Source: Octopus vulgaris
Taxonomy: Eukaryota
Length of the DNA: 64,000 nt
Reading direction: 5' to 3'
Assembly (NCBI GenBank): GCA_951406725.2
Contig: OX597829.1
Location: forward strand, 46,748,001-46,812,000
Part shown: positions 13,282 to 27,832 of the stretch, one piece after another
How the letters are laid out: each line of letters starts with the position of its first letter
How positions within the stretch are numbered: the first letter of the stretch is position 1
Made by a program: the position numbers and the translations under genes
The notes under the pieces: model-generated
The model's input: only the letters and a program-made list of their open reading frames with translations
Told to the model about the DNA's origin: nothing
Database searches by the model: none

Positions 13282-13979
13282 GAAAAACACACTGCATCTG
13301 TGTAGGCGCTCGTGGAGAATAATATAGGTAAATAGACCCACAGGTATGTAGATTTATAAAGAAAAACTAGCCTTATAAATTAATCAATTAATAAAGAAAA
13401 TAATGAAGAATTTAATTGCAATTAGTTTGTATTTTTGCCAAACCGATTCTCTTAAAATGCAACAATAAGTACCCCAGGGAGGGAATAACAAAGAAAGAGT
13501 GGAGTACGCATGTTTCTTACCTGTCATGAACATAGAAGATTTTGATAAATTATGTTCAAACCTCCAAGGAAAATAAACGACTGTGACCAATAACTGGTAA
13601 TGAAGGACTTTTTTTCTAAAAATATCACAAAAAATATCATCTAGATAATCTTATATTTGATTTGGGATTTTTATATAACATTTGTTCCGACTCATTGCGT
13701 TCTGAGTTCAAACACCAACTCATTATTACCTGTGACAGAAAAAAACTAGTACCTATAACACATCAGAGCAGTGATTTGACAGAATGGTTAGATGGTTTGG
13801 TACCATGTTTAGCAGTTTCTATTCATTATTACGAGCATGTTTAAACATTTATAAAAATAAAGGAATGAAAATGTATGCGACGTCAACTGGTTTCCATCAT
13901 GCGATGTATGTTATCCGGTATATTCGACAATGAATTTTCTTGTGTGATATGATAATGTAATTTTATTGCAATTAGAGAG

Positions 13980-14525
<546 letters not shown>

Positions 14526-15035
14526 GGTGCTATTTTTGTCGTTCCAACACAGATTTATTGTAGGAATTTCTTTCAAACAATTTCTTTCAAGCACTTCATT
14601 GATTCCATTCAAGAGAAGTTTATGGGTTTTCCTCTCTTGACATATTAATTTTATTTTCTATTTATTTATTTATTTATTTATTTCTTTTGATGGATGAGTC
14701 AGTTCTTTTACGCGTTGTTTCACATATGTTTTTGTACGTTTTTATCTTTTCTCCGTTTTCCTTCGTAAACATAATGTGTTTGAAATTCTCAGCTCTGCCT
14801 CTTTCTTACTTCTTCTGTTTTTCCATCTGTACATTTGCCAAAATCAAATATTTCTTTTCTCTGTTTAACTGGCCTCACTCACTGGACTTGCAACCGCGTC
14901 CGGCCATGGCCTTCCCTATACTGATTTTCCATCTTCTAAGTTTATTGAGCGAATGGTTAAAATTTATCATGAGAATAATGTCCTTTCAAAAGAATGCTAC
15001 CAAATTTCTAGACGTATATACGCGAATGTAGTTAT

Positions 15036-15435
15036 ACCTATTTCTTTACTACCCACAAGGGGCTAAATAAACACAGAGGGGACAAACGGATTAAGTCGAT
15101 TACATTGACCCCAGTCCGTAACTGGTACTTAATTTATCGAACCCCGAAAGGATGAAAGGCAGAATTTGAACTCAGAACATAGCGGCAGCCGAAATACCTA
15201 TTTCTTTACTACCCACAAGGGGCTAAACATAGAGGGGACGGACAAACAAGGACATACATAAGTATTAAGTCGATTACATTGACCCCAGTCCGTAACTGGT
15301 ACTTAATTTATCGACCCCGAAAGGATGAAAGGCAAAGTCGACCTCGGCGGAATTTGAACTCAGAACGTAACGGCAGACGAAATACGGCTACGCATCTCGC
15401 CCGGCGTGCTAACGATTCTGCCAGCTCGCCGCCTT
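15036..15435 (-). mobile_element. SINE family B, partial tandem dimer
   Basis: Two consecutive tacctatttctttactacccacaaggggct...gaactcagaac units, ending gccagctcgccgcctta. Confidence 0.85.
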
Positions 15436-17496
15436 ATACCGAGTTACACCGGTATAAACAAACACAAATACACACGTGCACTCACCTATACATATATATG
15501 TTTTTATACATATATAATTTATTGGGAAATCTCCATGCTTGACGCTGCAAGCACTCCCTCAACCACGAAACTGTTATTCTGGAGTGCCTAATCTCCAACC
15601 CACACACTTGGTGTCACTGGCAAGCTCTGTTCCTTCAGTAAGGATCAACACCAGCATGGGCCTGCTGTCAGTATGTCGAATAGCATTACGTTAGATGATG
15701 ACCCAACAAAAAGCTGAAATGTCCAGTGACCAGAGGACGTAGATACATGAAAAGCCGAGCAAGGGAGTTCTCTAGAACCGAAAGTGAAAATTGGAGACAG
15801 AGCAGTAGTGGACGATAATGGATTGACGCAATTTTAATACGGTGTTTGCAGCGATCGGTGATAATTTCGAACACTATATGCGAAATTAAGAATGAAAAAT
15901 GATCAGTTACAACTTAATACAAAATGGGACATCACAACTGTATCATTTCATAGATAAAAATTTATCGGTTCACTCAAGTACAAGGCAACTTCTGTAGCAC
16001 CCAGGAACACATCACGAGGTACGCTTTAGCAATTTGCTAGGTTTAATTGAGAATTAGAAGTCTCTGGTCATCACAAACGGTGCCCAACTGACCCTACTAT
16101 ACTGAGTAGTCGACAAAAATCAAAATACGACCTTCCCTTTTTTTTGTATAGTCACTGTATGTTTGCCTCCGTGGACTCCCTCTATATCAGCTACCGCCAA
16201 TCTAACGCTGCAACCAGATTTACAGTTGGGGAGACTTGTCAGGAAGATCAGATAAGAACGGATTTGATCCATGAATGAATTGGATTGAGCATTCCATATT
16301 ACTATTAGAAATCAAAAAATTGCACCGAAGACGAACTAACTAAGATAATGAACTATTCAAAGCAAACGATATTATAAAAAGTATGTTCTTACCGGAAGTT
16401 CCTCTACTCACTTTGTAAATTGCTGTGTTGTCGATAAAGTGTTGTGAACTACTAGCAAACTAGTTTCTCATTACTAATCAGCATCATACAACACTGATCA
16501 AGATATTAACTGCATCTATTGATAAAGATTTGGCCTGAGACTTCAGGAATTTTGGTAGTGTCGCGTTATTCTTTACTCACCACTACTCCTAAGTGCATTC
16601 TGAACCGGGATGGTCGTATCTATCAAAGGTCACAGGTATAAATGAAATAGCAGATAGTCCTGAGGCTAACGCATACAAGGCTGATCTCTACACATGTGTC
16701 GGAAAGGCACACCTATTTAAGGATATGCCTTGATGCCGTGTGAAACCCATAGACGTTAAACAGGCCTGTGCCTCTAGGGTAAAATTCGAAGCGCAGGAGA
16801 CTAGCTATGCAAAATGTAAATGCACCGACAGAAAGCAACGGGAAAACGCTACTCTTCGATTTCTAAGAAAACTGAGGAACCTTCCAGCTTTGGCATGGAG
16901 TACCAAGACCGATGACACACCTGAAGACAAGGGACATAAAGAGAGAGAAAGAATTTATTGGAAGTTGAAACTCTCCGAGATTTCGTAAGTGGTCTCTGTG
17001 CGATTATAAAAATGGTATAGGAACTTTGCTACATGATAAACATGTTCTCAAAAGATTTAAAGAGTAGAAGAGATAAATTACATACAATAACTGAATTTAT
17101 GTAAAATTGTAACGATGTTAACCATAGCGTAAACGGCTTGCGGGTTGGTCTTTAATTCAATGCATATGTGATTTTATAATATAGTTATGGTTAAGGTATA
17201 ATTGTTTATGTTACGTAATTACAAACAAGTGAAGAGACTATATTCTTGTCTTAAAATTTAAATAATTAATTTAGTTCGCAAATATTTTACAGAAATATCT
17301 TATTTAATCTTTTTTTTTTTTATTAAAATCTATAGATATCAACGATTCGTTGCAAAAGAAAGATTAAATTTAAGAGATGTGTAACAGTATATAACCGTGC
17401 ATTTAAATTGCATGATAAATTATGCGACAAAAAATTTTGAAGTCTATTTTTATTCCTGCAAGCAGATTTGCAGTGTTTAGATATTATTTTTTTATT

Positions 17497-17658
17497 TCCT
17501 ACAAGGGGCTAAACATAGAGGGGACAAAGAAGGTCAGACAAAGGGATTAAGTCGACTATATCGACCCCAGTGCGTAACTGGTACTTAATTTATCGACCCC
17601 GAAAAGATGAAAGGCAAAGTCGACCTCGGCGGAATTTGAATTCAGAACATAGCGGCAG
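17497..17658 (-). mobile_element. SINE family B 3' portion
   Basis: acaaggggctaaacatagagggg...gtcgacctcggcggaatttgaattcagaac. Confidence 0.8.
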
Positions 17659-18131
17659 AAATGGTCGCAGAAATTGTGTGGCAAGGTGCAGGGTCCTGTT
17701 GCCAGACATAGAGTCTCCCAGCAGCCACCCTCTTGACTCTGGACAGCACTGCCTCCTCCAGGCTCTTGATGTAGGCCTCTGTGTTGAGTTTGAGGTCGTG
17801 TGGGAAAATGAATGGCGACATAACGTCGCCATCACTAGTGATCACTTCAAACACCATGATGTTTGATTTTTGTCACTCTCGGTACATCTCCTCACACTGA
17901 CACTCAGACGCTCTGAAATGTAAATATTGGAACTTCCGATGAGAATGCCAAAAGGTACAGCTTGTCGTTTCCAAATTTCTGGCAGAGTGAATTGCGTTAT
18001 GATGGTGTTTTTCTCACAAACGGTGCCCAACTGACCCTACTATACTCAGTAGTCGAGAAAAATCAAAATTATGCAATGTGCATGCGCAAAAATAAAACTA
18101 TAAAATGACAATTTATCCATCGCACCCTGTA
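17655..18131 (-). mobile_element. Internally deleted Tc1/mariner-superfamily transposon relic
   Basis: Minus ORF MVFEVITSDGDVMSPFIFPH.L.LNTEAYIK.LEE.VL..VKRVAAGR.YVWQQD.APCH (second catalytic Asp region); terminus TA-cagggtgcg at 18131. A 55-bp piece recurs at 16072-16125. Confidence 0.75.
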
Positions 18132-18135
18132 TATG

Positions 18136-18165
<30 letters not shown>

Positions 18166-18170
<5 letters not shown>

Positions 18171-18770
18171 AAGAAAGTCGTCTGAATTTTGGAAAAAAAT
18201 TGATTTATTTCTCCATTAATAATACCACTTTCGTTCGTTTCTTGAACTTGTGAAATAAAATTTTGTGATTGTACAAACAGCTTGTTCATCTATTTAAAGC
18301 AGATGTTTTTTGGGGGTTTTGTTTAGAAGAGAACGTTGTTTTTGTTCTTTTGGGTGAGGTTCCATTGACAATGGAGATTGATAGATAGAAATATAGGTAG
18401 GTAGATAGGCTGATAGAAAGATGGATAGATAGACAGGTCTGTACCTATCTATCTAACTGATTATCTACTTATCTGTCTATCTATCTATCTATCTTTCTAT
18501 CTATCAGCCTATCTACCTACCTATGTTTCTATCCACTCATCTCTATTGTCTATGGAACTTCAACCCCCAAAAACAAAAACAAAAAAAAACAATGTTTTCT
18601 TCTTCTAAACAAAACCTCTCAAAAAACATCTGTTTTATATAAATGAACAAACTGTTTGTACATTCACAAAATTTTGTTTGACAAGTTCGAGAAACAAACG
18701 AAATCGCTAATAACAATGAAGAAATAAAAAGATTTTTTTTCAAAAATTCTGACGACATTTTTCTCAGTAT
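18166..18770. repeat. Imperfect fold-back of ~600 bp (two ~270-bp arms)
   Basis: e.g. aaaattttgtgattgtacaaacagcttgttcat versus atgaacaaactgtttgtacattcacaaaatttt; centre is a TAGA/TCTA switch at ~18440. Confidence 0.85.
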
Positions 18771-18819
18771 TCAATTTCTGTAAACCACACTAACACTCTA
18801 CACATACATACATACATAC

Positions 18820-19010
18820 CGTTGGCGATTTTTTTCCTCCGTCTTCCCTTCTCTGGATCTTTCCTTCTCCTATGTTTTCGACGAATAACTCCGCTCGAAA
18901 CGTTAAACCCTCCTTCTTTCCTTCTTTCCTGAGCGTCTAATAATACTATACTTGTTCCACGTCCTCGCGCGTTGTTGTGTTTTTTTGTGCTTTCATGTTT
19001 GGATTAGCTA
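18820..19010 (+). mobile_element. Short hammerhead-bearing element ending in (TA)n (decayed copy of 56630-56822)
   Basis: High similarity to 56630-56822; motif guuu-UCGACGA-auaacuccgcuc-GAAAC-GUU-aaac at 18874-18908. Confidence 0.7.
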
Positions 19011-19028
19011 TATATATATATATATATA

Positions 19029-19423
19029 CTAGCAGTATCGCCCGGCGTTGCTCGGGTTTGTAAGGGAAATAACTATATAAGCATTTTTAGAGATTTAAAG
19101 TATAATAGCCATCTCAATATGGCTAACCACAAGGGGGGGTGTTACTGTAGCTTTTTACGTTCTGAGATTTAATGATAATTTTTTAGAGAGTTACTTCCCT
19201 TATATATGCCAAAAATGCATTAAAAATGAGAAAAATTCATGTTAAAATTTTTTTTTAATCGTAGACTCATCGTAGACGCGCGCTAATACCCAGAAGGGCT
19301 CGATATGAATCACGACTATAAGATACCCGGTTTTGGTTAAACTGCACCGCAAAATGTGGGAGTAGTTAGGAATCTAAATCGTAGTTGACAGACAGCACAC
19401 AACCTCACTTTTATATATAAAGA
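19029..19423 (-). mobile_element. Non-autonomous Helitron
   Basis: On minus: TC start, 3' hairpin cccg/cggg, CTAG end; inserted in (TA)n. Confidence 0.85.
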
Positions 19424-19695
19424 TATATATATATATATATATGCGTAATTAAGAGAGTTAATAATAATGGCGTCAATGATGTTCGTTATTATGGGCATGA
19501 ACGTTATGAGAATAAGGATGATGCTTCTAAAGAGCATGATAATGAACATGATGCCCTGGATTCTTTTATGCAAAAACAGAAAAAAATCTCCCAGCAGTTC
19601 AATTATCACGTGATGTTGTTCCCCCTTTCTATCTATCAGTGTCTCTTTCTTTTTCTGCACACGAACGCATAGACACATACCCACAAACTCTCCCA

Positions 19696-19747
<52 letters not shown>

Positions 19748-19879
19748 ACACACACACATGCATTCGAATTCACACGCATACTTTTGCTTTTACATACAGG
19801 CACATATTAATTACGACGTGATTATAACAGTGATCATAAGTACGAGAGAAACATAGTGATTCTATCAGTGATCATAAAT

Positions 19880-20269
19880 GGATGGAAGCACTCCGTCGGT
19901 TACGACGACGAGGGTTCCGGTTGATTCGAATCAACGGAACAGCCTGCTCGTGAAATTAACGTGTAAGTGGCTGAGCACTCCACAGACACGTGTACCCTTA
20001 ACGTAGTTCTCGGGGATATTCAGCGTGACACAGAGAGTGACAAGGCCGGCCCCTTGAAATACAGGTACAACAGAAACAGGAAGTAAGAGTGAGAGAAAGT
20101 TGTGGTGAAAGAGTACAGCAGGGATCACCACCATCCCCTGCCGGAGCCTCGTGGAGCTTTTTTAGGTGTTTTCGCTCAATAAACACTCACAACGCCCGGT
20201 CTTGGAATCGAAACCGCGATCCTATGACCGCGAGTCCGCTGCCCTAACCACTGGGCCGTTGCGCCTCCA
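19880..20269 (-). mobile_element. SINE family C full-length copy
   Basis: Reverse complement of 59603-59990; cagtgatcataaat occurs on both sides (probable TSD). Confidence 0.9.
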
Positions 20270-21199
20270 CAGTGATCATAAATACGAAAGAACCGAAGAT
20301 AGCATATATCGATCATGTTGCTGGTATTCATGTTGTTGACGTTGGGGGTTTGAACTGACATAGATAATATGGTGGAGAAAGTATTACAAGTTCCCAATAC
20401 CATCACAATCAACAGACTTATCTCGATTAATAATATTTTTAGTTATTTATTTATTTATTTGTATGTTTGTTAATTATTGCTTGATGCCAAAATATTGACA
20501 AGAATCTGAAACCAAAAATTCTCCTATTGTGCTGCAATAGAACTTTCAATTATTTACTGATTGTATCTATTCAGCAATAACAACTGTACGATTTGTCTAT
20601 CAAAAGATAGACTTCTGACTTCACCAATCAATATCGTTGCAATATCTGTGTGCCGTGTCTATCCAGTCAAACACAGTAGATAGCATAATACATTGAGTCC
20701 AAGATATAATATAGCACATAATTGACATCAATATTCGTTTCTCAGTCTATTCTTGTACATGTAATATATCTTTTGTACGCTTATAGAATATATTTGTCGT
20801 ACACAGTCTTTTTTTTTTACTGTTGTACGCTATGTGCATTTCATAAACTCATGTTTACATCACGATGTAGCTTCGTCTTGAGAATATCATAACTGTTTGT
20901 ATATCTGTATGCGTGTACAAGTACGAAAATTCTTACATAGATGTGTGTGTGTGTGTGTGTGTGTCTGTGTGTTCCCTTACGTGTGTATGTGTGTGTATTC
21001 ATATATATATATATCTTTACGGTGCTTTATTTTGCTGGAAAATAATATTGTATTGTAATAATATATATATATATTTATAAATAAATGAAAGAATGGAGTC
21101 GAACGAAGATGTTAACAACATTCCTTTACTCTCGACACATGTTTCGAAGACAGCATATCTCCATGCTGACGATAAACATAGGATAATTCATTCACCTAC

Positions 21200-21281
<82 letters not shown>

Positions 21282-21617
21282 GAGACTGAGGGGAAGACCA
21301 CACTGCTGTTAAAAACTTTGACACACGCACACAAATTTACACACACACGTACACATACACCGTCACACACACACAAAAGTGTAAAGAAAAAATTTCCGGA
21401 CAATAATAATAAAATAAGAACAGTAATAAACGAGTGAAGTATATATATATATATATATTATTTGGCAAAAATAAAAAATGTATTTTCTTTCTCTCTATCT
21501 TATAGCGAGAGATAGTGTGCATGTGTATGTATGTATGTATGTATGTATGTATGTATGTATGTATGTATGCATGTATGTATGTATCTATATATGTATGCAT
21601 GTATGTGTAATCCATTA

Positions 21618-21825
21618 TTAACCCTTTTGTTACTGTATTTATTTTGAGATGCTCTGTGTTTCTTTCAATTACTTTAAATATAACAAAGAATTTAGTAAAA
21701 TTACTTAGTTATTATTAAGCTAGTTTTAGGAACATGAATTGTGACTAAGATTTGGTGGAAAATTTTAATTCAAAACTCATGAAAATAAGACATTTGTACT
21801 CAGGGCCAGAGCCGGTTTTAACCGG
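21618..21825 (+). mobile_element. piggyBac-like MITE relic
   Basis: Begins TTAA-CCCTTTT; other terminus not recognisable. Confidence 0.4.
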
Positions 21826-22063
21826 TGAAATTAACTATTTTGTTCCTTGAAGTTTATTAAATGAGTCTTTCATTCAAATTATGTTCAAGTAAAACAACAG
21901 AGGCGAAACTCGAAGTATTAATTTATTCAATATGTACAATGAAATTCAGTTTATCGAAAGAATTCGGGACCTTCGTCAGTAAATGCCTGTTGTAATGTGT
22001 AACTTTAGAAATTGCTAAGCCTAACACTAATATGCATGCATAATAAACATAAGCCATGCTACT

Positions 22064-22103
22064 CCAGACTGAAGACGAGCAATTACTCAGAAACTAGGTC
22101 TGG
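22064..22103 (+). ncRNA. Hammerhead-like motif
   Basis: ccaga-CUGAAGA-cGAG caauua CUCa-GAAAC-uag-GUC-ugg; stem I register imperfect. Confidence 0.5.
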
Positions 22104-22805
22104 GTGTTGGCTTAGATCGGTGGGGGTGCTTATCTCCCCACTGTAAACATAAGGAGACAGGAAATGTGTCAAGGCCGACAGGAAGCGGTGCTCCTTCCTA
22201 GGGTTAAATAGCTATAGTATTACTCCCTTCATTGGACTTCCACATTAAGTTGTCAGCATAAAACTATTATATATATATATATATTATATGTAGAAAAATA
22301 CAAACTGGGACAAGAACGTAAAACATTTAGAAGACGATACAAAAAACACGGATGGGACATTCGAAACCTTCAATCTTCAGTCAAGAACCGGATCATCCTA
22401 GCAATTTCGGCTGATTAATCTTGAGATCGCTTCGATCCGGCCAGCCCCAAGGAAAAACTAAGCTACGAGCATTAGATTTCTTGGAAGAAGGATATATATA
22501 TATTGTCATTTTGGGGGATGGTCGTCTTCTACCAATAAACAAACGTATTATTTTATCTTCAGTTTATTATTGTTGTTGCAGAAGTAGTAGTTGATATTGT
22601 TGGTTTTGTTGCTGTAGTTGTTGTTATTGTTATCATAATTAGTTTATTTATCAGAATCCTTTTGCCAAACATTTTGTAAGCCTTCTTCTTTCTGGCCTTG
22701 TCCTGTCTATTGCATTTTGCCTTTCTCCAGCATGTATCACTATCTAATCACGCAACGCGCTTGCGTCTATATCCGTGTGTGTGCATGTCTAATACACGCA
22801 CACAT

Positions 22806-22852
<47 letters not shown>

Positions 22853-22976
22853 TACACACACACACAAACACACACATATATATATAAATATATATATGCC
22901 CATATATACACATACATACAAGAAGAGAAGGATGGATATATATATATATATATACATACATACATACATACATACA

Positions 22977-23009
<33 letters not shown>

Positions 23010-23247
23010 GCATATAATAGTGATTGAGTGAGGAAATTAATTCCACTTTCTAGCAGTTAGGCGCCTCTTATGCCCTTATGATAAATACGAATTTTAATTC
23101 TATAGCTATCTTACGCTATTTAAAACCTGCTGCCACCTATATTATTATTTTTTTTTTTTGTTATTATTAATTATTTACATTTACCGCAGATGATAATAAA
23201 AATAATAATAGCTATATGAATATTTGCTTTTGAATATTTACTTCTTA

Positions 23248-23321
<74 letters not shown>

Positions 23322-23708
23322 TATGTAGGCAGAGGACGTCACGAAATATTTACAACAAAAAATACGAAGTACGAGTACATGGAATATGATCTATTTTTTC
23401 GAACAACGAAAGACACAAATGGGAAACAAGAACAAAGCCACCCTTCATCGGTTCTTTGGTGTTTTTCTGCTCTCGTATTTCGAGCATATAACAAGATACG
23501 CTTTCGATAAAACAGTTGCTACAGCAAAGCAATTTGAATAAAATTTGGAATTTTGCGGAGGGTCAAAATTGGTAACACAAACAGGACAGTGAAAACAAAC
23601 AGGAAGGGTTGCTAAGCTTAAAAGAGGTTGTGGTGATGAACGCGTAAATCAAGCTTGGACAGGAGACATACAAGAACACGACTTCCTTGATCCAGCTACA
23701 ACGGAACA

Positions 23709-23710
<2 letters not shown>

Positions 23711-23770
<60 letters not shown>

Positions 23771-24160
23771 GTATATATATATGTATATACATATATGTGT
23801 GTATGTATGTGTGTATATATATGTATATGCATATATGTGGGTATGTATGTGTATATATATATGGATGTATATACATATATATATATGTATATATATATAC
23901 ATATATATATATGTATGTATATACATATATATGTATATATATATATACATATATGTGTGTATATACATATATATATGTATATATATATATACATATATAT
24001 ATATGTATGCATATGTATGTATATGTATTATGTATATGCATATATAAATGCATATATATATATATGCATATTGCATAAATGTATATCTATATGCATATAT
24101 ATGTATATATATATGCATATACATATGTATGCATATATATGCATATATATGTATATGTAA

Positions 24161-24195
<35 letters not shown>
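23711..24195. repeat. Degenerate (TA)n microsatellite
   Basis: Seen directly. Confidence 0.95.
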
Positions 24196-24198
<3 letters not shown>

Positions 24199-24419
24199 CA
24201 TAATCACGTTCACGCATGACCACATTAGATCCCTCACTCATACTATTATCGACCCGGGAGTCTAACTATGGTCCTTCTGTAGCACTTATATGGCCTTAGC
24301 TGACTTTTTGGTGTTCTGGATACCAAAGCCTTTCGTACACACACATAACATATATATATATATATATATATACACGTAGTTACACGCGCACACACACACA
24401 CACACACGCACACACCACG

Positions 24420-24484
<65 letters not shown>

Positions 24485-26258
24485 GCAATATCTAATTATT
24501 TTGGCAATCTCTATCAATCCTGTTAATACACAAAGAAGTGACTGTGTTCCGTATTCATATATGTTTTATAACCTTCAAGACATCTATGATTTATATCTAT
24601 AAAATCAACATTTGCAGTCTATATCGCTGTCGTTATTAGTCTGACATTGTTTTGTTATCTAGTCAGTATCTACATCCATTCTATAAAATTTTATACACAG
24701 CATTTATCAAGTCAACATCTGCGGACTGTGTATATATGTTCGCAATTCATAAACTTCGCTGTTTAGTCAACATTTCTACCTTGTCTCTTTCTAGTCATCT
24801 TTCGACTCCGTCTGTCTGGTTGGCAAGACCATTTCTATAACTACTATTGTGAAATTCTATAGCTCGATTCTCATTAAACATTCTAACCTCCAGCATTAAA
24901 CAAAACAAGTAAACAAGCGATGAAGGAGAAGAAAAAAAAAGCAACAAAAAATAATACAGAGAACATGTAAGACAGTAAATTTATTCCAATATTTCTTTGG
25001 AATTATTCAATGGCGTGTGCCTAAATTATTCCAGGCCTAACTGATGGAAGCAATGCAAATTTGAAATCTAGCTTCACATTAACTATAATTAGATTTCCTA
25101 TTTTTTAATGTCTTTTTTGTGTTTGTTTGTTTGTTTGCGTTCTTTGTTAGTAGAATGGCTGGTTGACTAGCTGCTTAATCAATCGTCGTCTGATGATTGG
25201 GTGGTCTGTCGACAAAGCCTTGGATGATTTAACTTGTCTTGAGGCAAGTATTGGTTTCTTATACACGCACAAGACCAATTTTCTAAGAAAAGGATTGACT
25301 ACATAACTGGTGATTATTTTATCGACCCCAGGGAGGTAAAGGTTGAAATGAAAAAAAAAAAGTAAACTACTACAAGGCTCTGTCACAAAATTTCCATAAA
25401 CACATCACATGACAGGATTATAAATATTATATGTGAAAATACATTCAAATCATAGATAGGAAATACAATTTGCTTTGGCTCATGTTAAAAGTTTGTTTGT
25501 TTCATTACTGCCATTGTTTTTATTGTTGTTGATAACGTTGTTGTTGTTGTTGCTGCTGTTTCACAACAGCAACAACAACAAAATCAAGAACTAAACTACA
25601 ATATCATAATAAGCAGCTATCTTAAAAGTAATAGCTTCAAATAATGGCGGAATCGGTAACGCGTCGGACAAAAACGTCCTGTTACATTATATCGCTTCTC
25701 TTTACTATCTCAATATAAATTACTTGACTGCTGTGAAAGTTGAATTTTCTCCTTCATAATTCCGGGGTCGATAAACAAAATACTTATACCAGGCAAGTAC
25801 TTGGGGAAATATAATTGATCGTTCCCGCTTTTCAAATTTATAGTTTGGTGTCTAAGTTATAAATCAATAATAACAACGAGCAATAACAATAATGGTTGCG
25901 ACATAAAAGCAGAAATAAGTCGTCAACAAAACAAATTACTATATAAATCCTCAATAAAATAGCTTCGGCACTAGCATTATATAGAACTCATGGTGTCTGT
26001 AGCAGGAACAGTAGACTATGTCTATATGCACCTATAATATTATCAACGAAAATTACAGAATCAAAACCAGTAACGAAAAATATGTACGATGGCAACGCTA
26101 AACATTATAGTAACCAACAGTAAAATAATAAGATATCAACAAAATAAAATTTATCATCAAAAAAATTACTACCATAATTAATAAAACAATACTATGATAG
26201 CCAAGCATATATATGCATATATATATCCACAAATATATGTATATATGTATGTGTGTAC

Positions 26259-26316
<58 letters not shown>

Positions 26317-26329
26317 GTATATATATATA

Positions 26330-26967
26330 TATGAGGTTTTGGCATCCAGAAGATCCAAAAAGCAGGTAAGATTACTTAAGAGCTACGGAAAGACCTCTGT
26401 TAGACTCCCGGTTTGATAATAGTATGAGTGAGGAGTCTAACGCGGGTCGTGTGTGAGCCTGTATAGGTTAAATAAAATGAGACAACAAAGCCAAGGCAGT
26501 ATGAAGTTTCTAGGACATTTTATAAAGAGAGGAGTAGTCTTACAGCTGTTTCAGGGATATAAAAGATATCCCATCATCAGAGACGAGTTAAGAGCTTCAA
26601 TTGAAGGAAATAATAGAGTTCAATACGAGAAGTTATTTTGGAAAGAGAAAGAAATAAGAACTATAAAGGGAAATATGAGAATGAAAATAAAGATATGATG
26701 GATGTTAAGCTTGCTGGGTGTTAGGATCCAACATATGTCTTTATTTTTATTGTTATATTTCCCTTTATACTTCCTATATCTCTCTCTTTCCAAAGTAACT
26801 TCTCATATTGAACTCTAATAATTTCCTTATATTTAACTCTTTCATATCATCTTGACGATGAGATATCCTTTAACTTCCTGAAACAGCTGTAAGACTGACC
26901 GTTTCTTTTACAATGTCCTAGAAATCTCATACCACCTTGGCTTTGCTGTCTCATTTTATTTAACCTG

Positions 26968-26970
<3 letters not shown>
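26330..26970. mobile_element. Fold-back element with a hammerhead on each arm (Penelope pLTR/retrozyme-like)
   Basis: Diverged inverted arms 26462-26705 and 26725-26970, flanked by (TA)n; the tail 26330-26455 has an inverted homologue at 24200-24335. Confidence 0.75.
26537..26584 (-). ncRNA. Type I minimal hammerhead ribozyme, intact core
   Basis: Minus: GUCU-CUGAUGA-uGGGAUAU cuuuu AUAUCCCu-GAAAC-AGCU-GUA-AGAC; stems I, II and III all pair. Confidence 0.85.
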
Positions 26971-26997
<27 letters not shown>

Positions 26998-27001
<4 letters not shown>

Positions 27002-27832
27002 ATTTCAACAATTAATCAATTTCACCAAGTGTTCAGTATGCAAAGGGACCATTTAAGGCGAATTCAAATTATTACATTATATAAAAGGGCTTAGTAAAAT
27101 AAATTACTTTGCCGCATACTGAACTCATTAGAAATAGCAGCTAAAAAACTTTTTTAAAGCTATTTCTAATACTTAAAGAAAATCTCTCTCATATATAGTG
27201 TTTGCTTAATTCAACTCACAAAAGTTTGGGGGTAAGGACATCAAAAAATCAAATGCTAAGGTTATTTGAGAACGTACGTTTCAAGATTAGTCAAAACGAC
27301 ACTTCTATCCGAAGCATTAATTAGAGGGAGATTAATTATAATTTCAACAATTATAAATTGTTGAAATTGTTGAAATTATAATTAATCTCCCTCTAATTAA
27401 TGCTTCGGATTTTACCGAAATAAGCATAGTGTTTGATGATTTTAACCCACGCTGGTGGAAAGGGGAGAACAGAAATTCTTCGCTTGCTTATTTGAGTTTG
27501 TTGGCACTGTTAGTTACGAGCAGATCTTCGAGAGCGATGAGAAGCCGAAAGGGTATGTTCTTACTTTCAGTGTTTCCAAATCCAAACCAAGGAGTTTCTG
27601 AGCTGATGATAGAAGTGTCGTTTTGACTAATCTTGAAACGTACGTTCTCAAATAACCTTAGCATTTGATTTTTTGATGTCCTTACCCCCAAACTTTTGTG
27701 AGTTGAATTAAGCAAACACTATATATGAGAGAGATTTTCTTTAAGTATTAGAAATAGCTTTAAAAAGTTTTTTAGCTGCTATTTCTAATGAGTTCAGTAT
27801 GCGGCAAAGTAATTTATTTTACTAAGCCCTTT

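Noticed and set aside
13515-13545. Minus-strand CAG|GTAAGA (also plus-strand caggtaag at ~26362)
   Set aside because: Weak or absent polypyrimidine tract; compatible with chance.
23330-23710. TA-flanked insert with CCGAUGA on the minus strand (~23443-23451)
   Set aside because: No matching GAAAC or stem III found; cannot be called a ribozyme element, though the context is similar.
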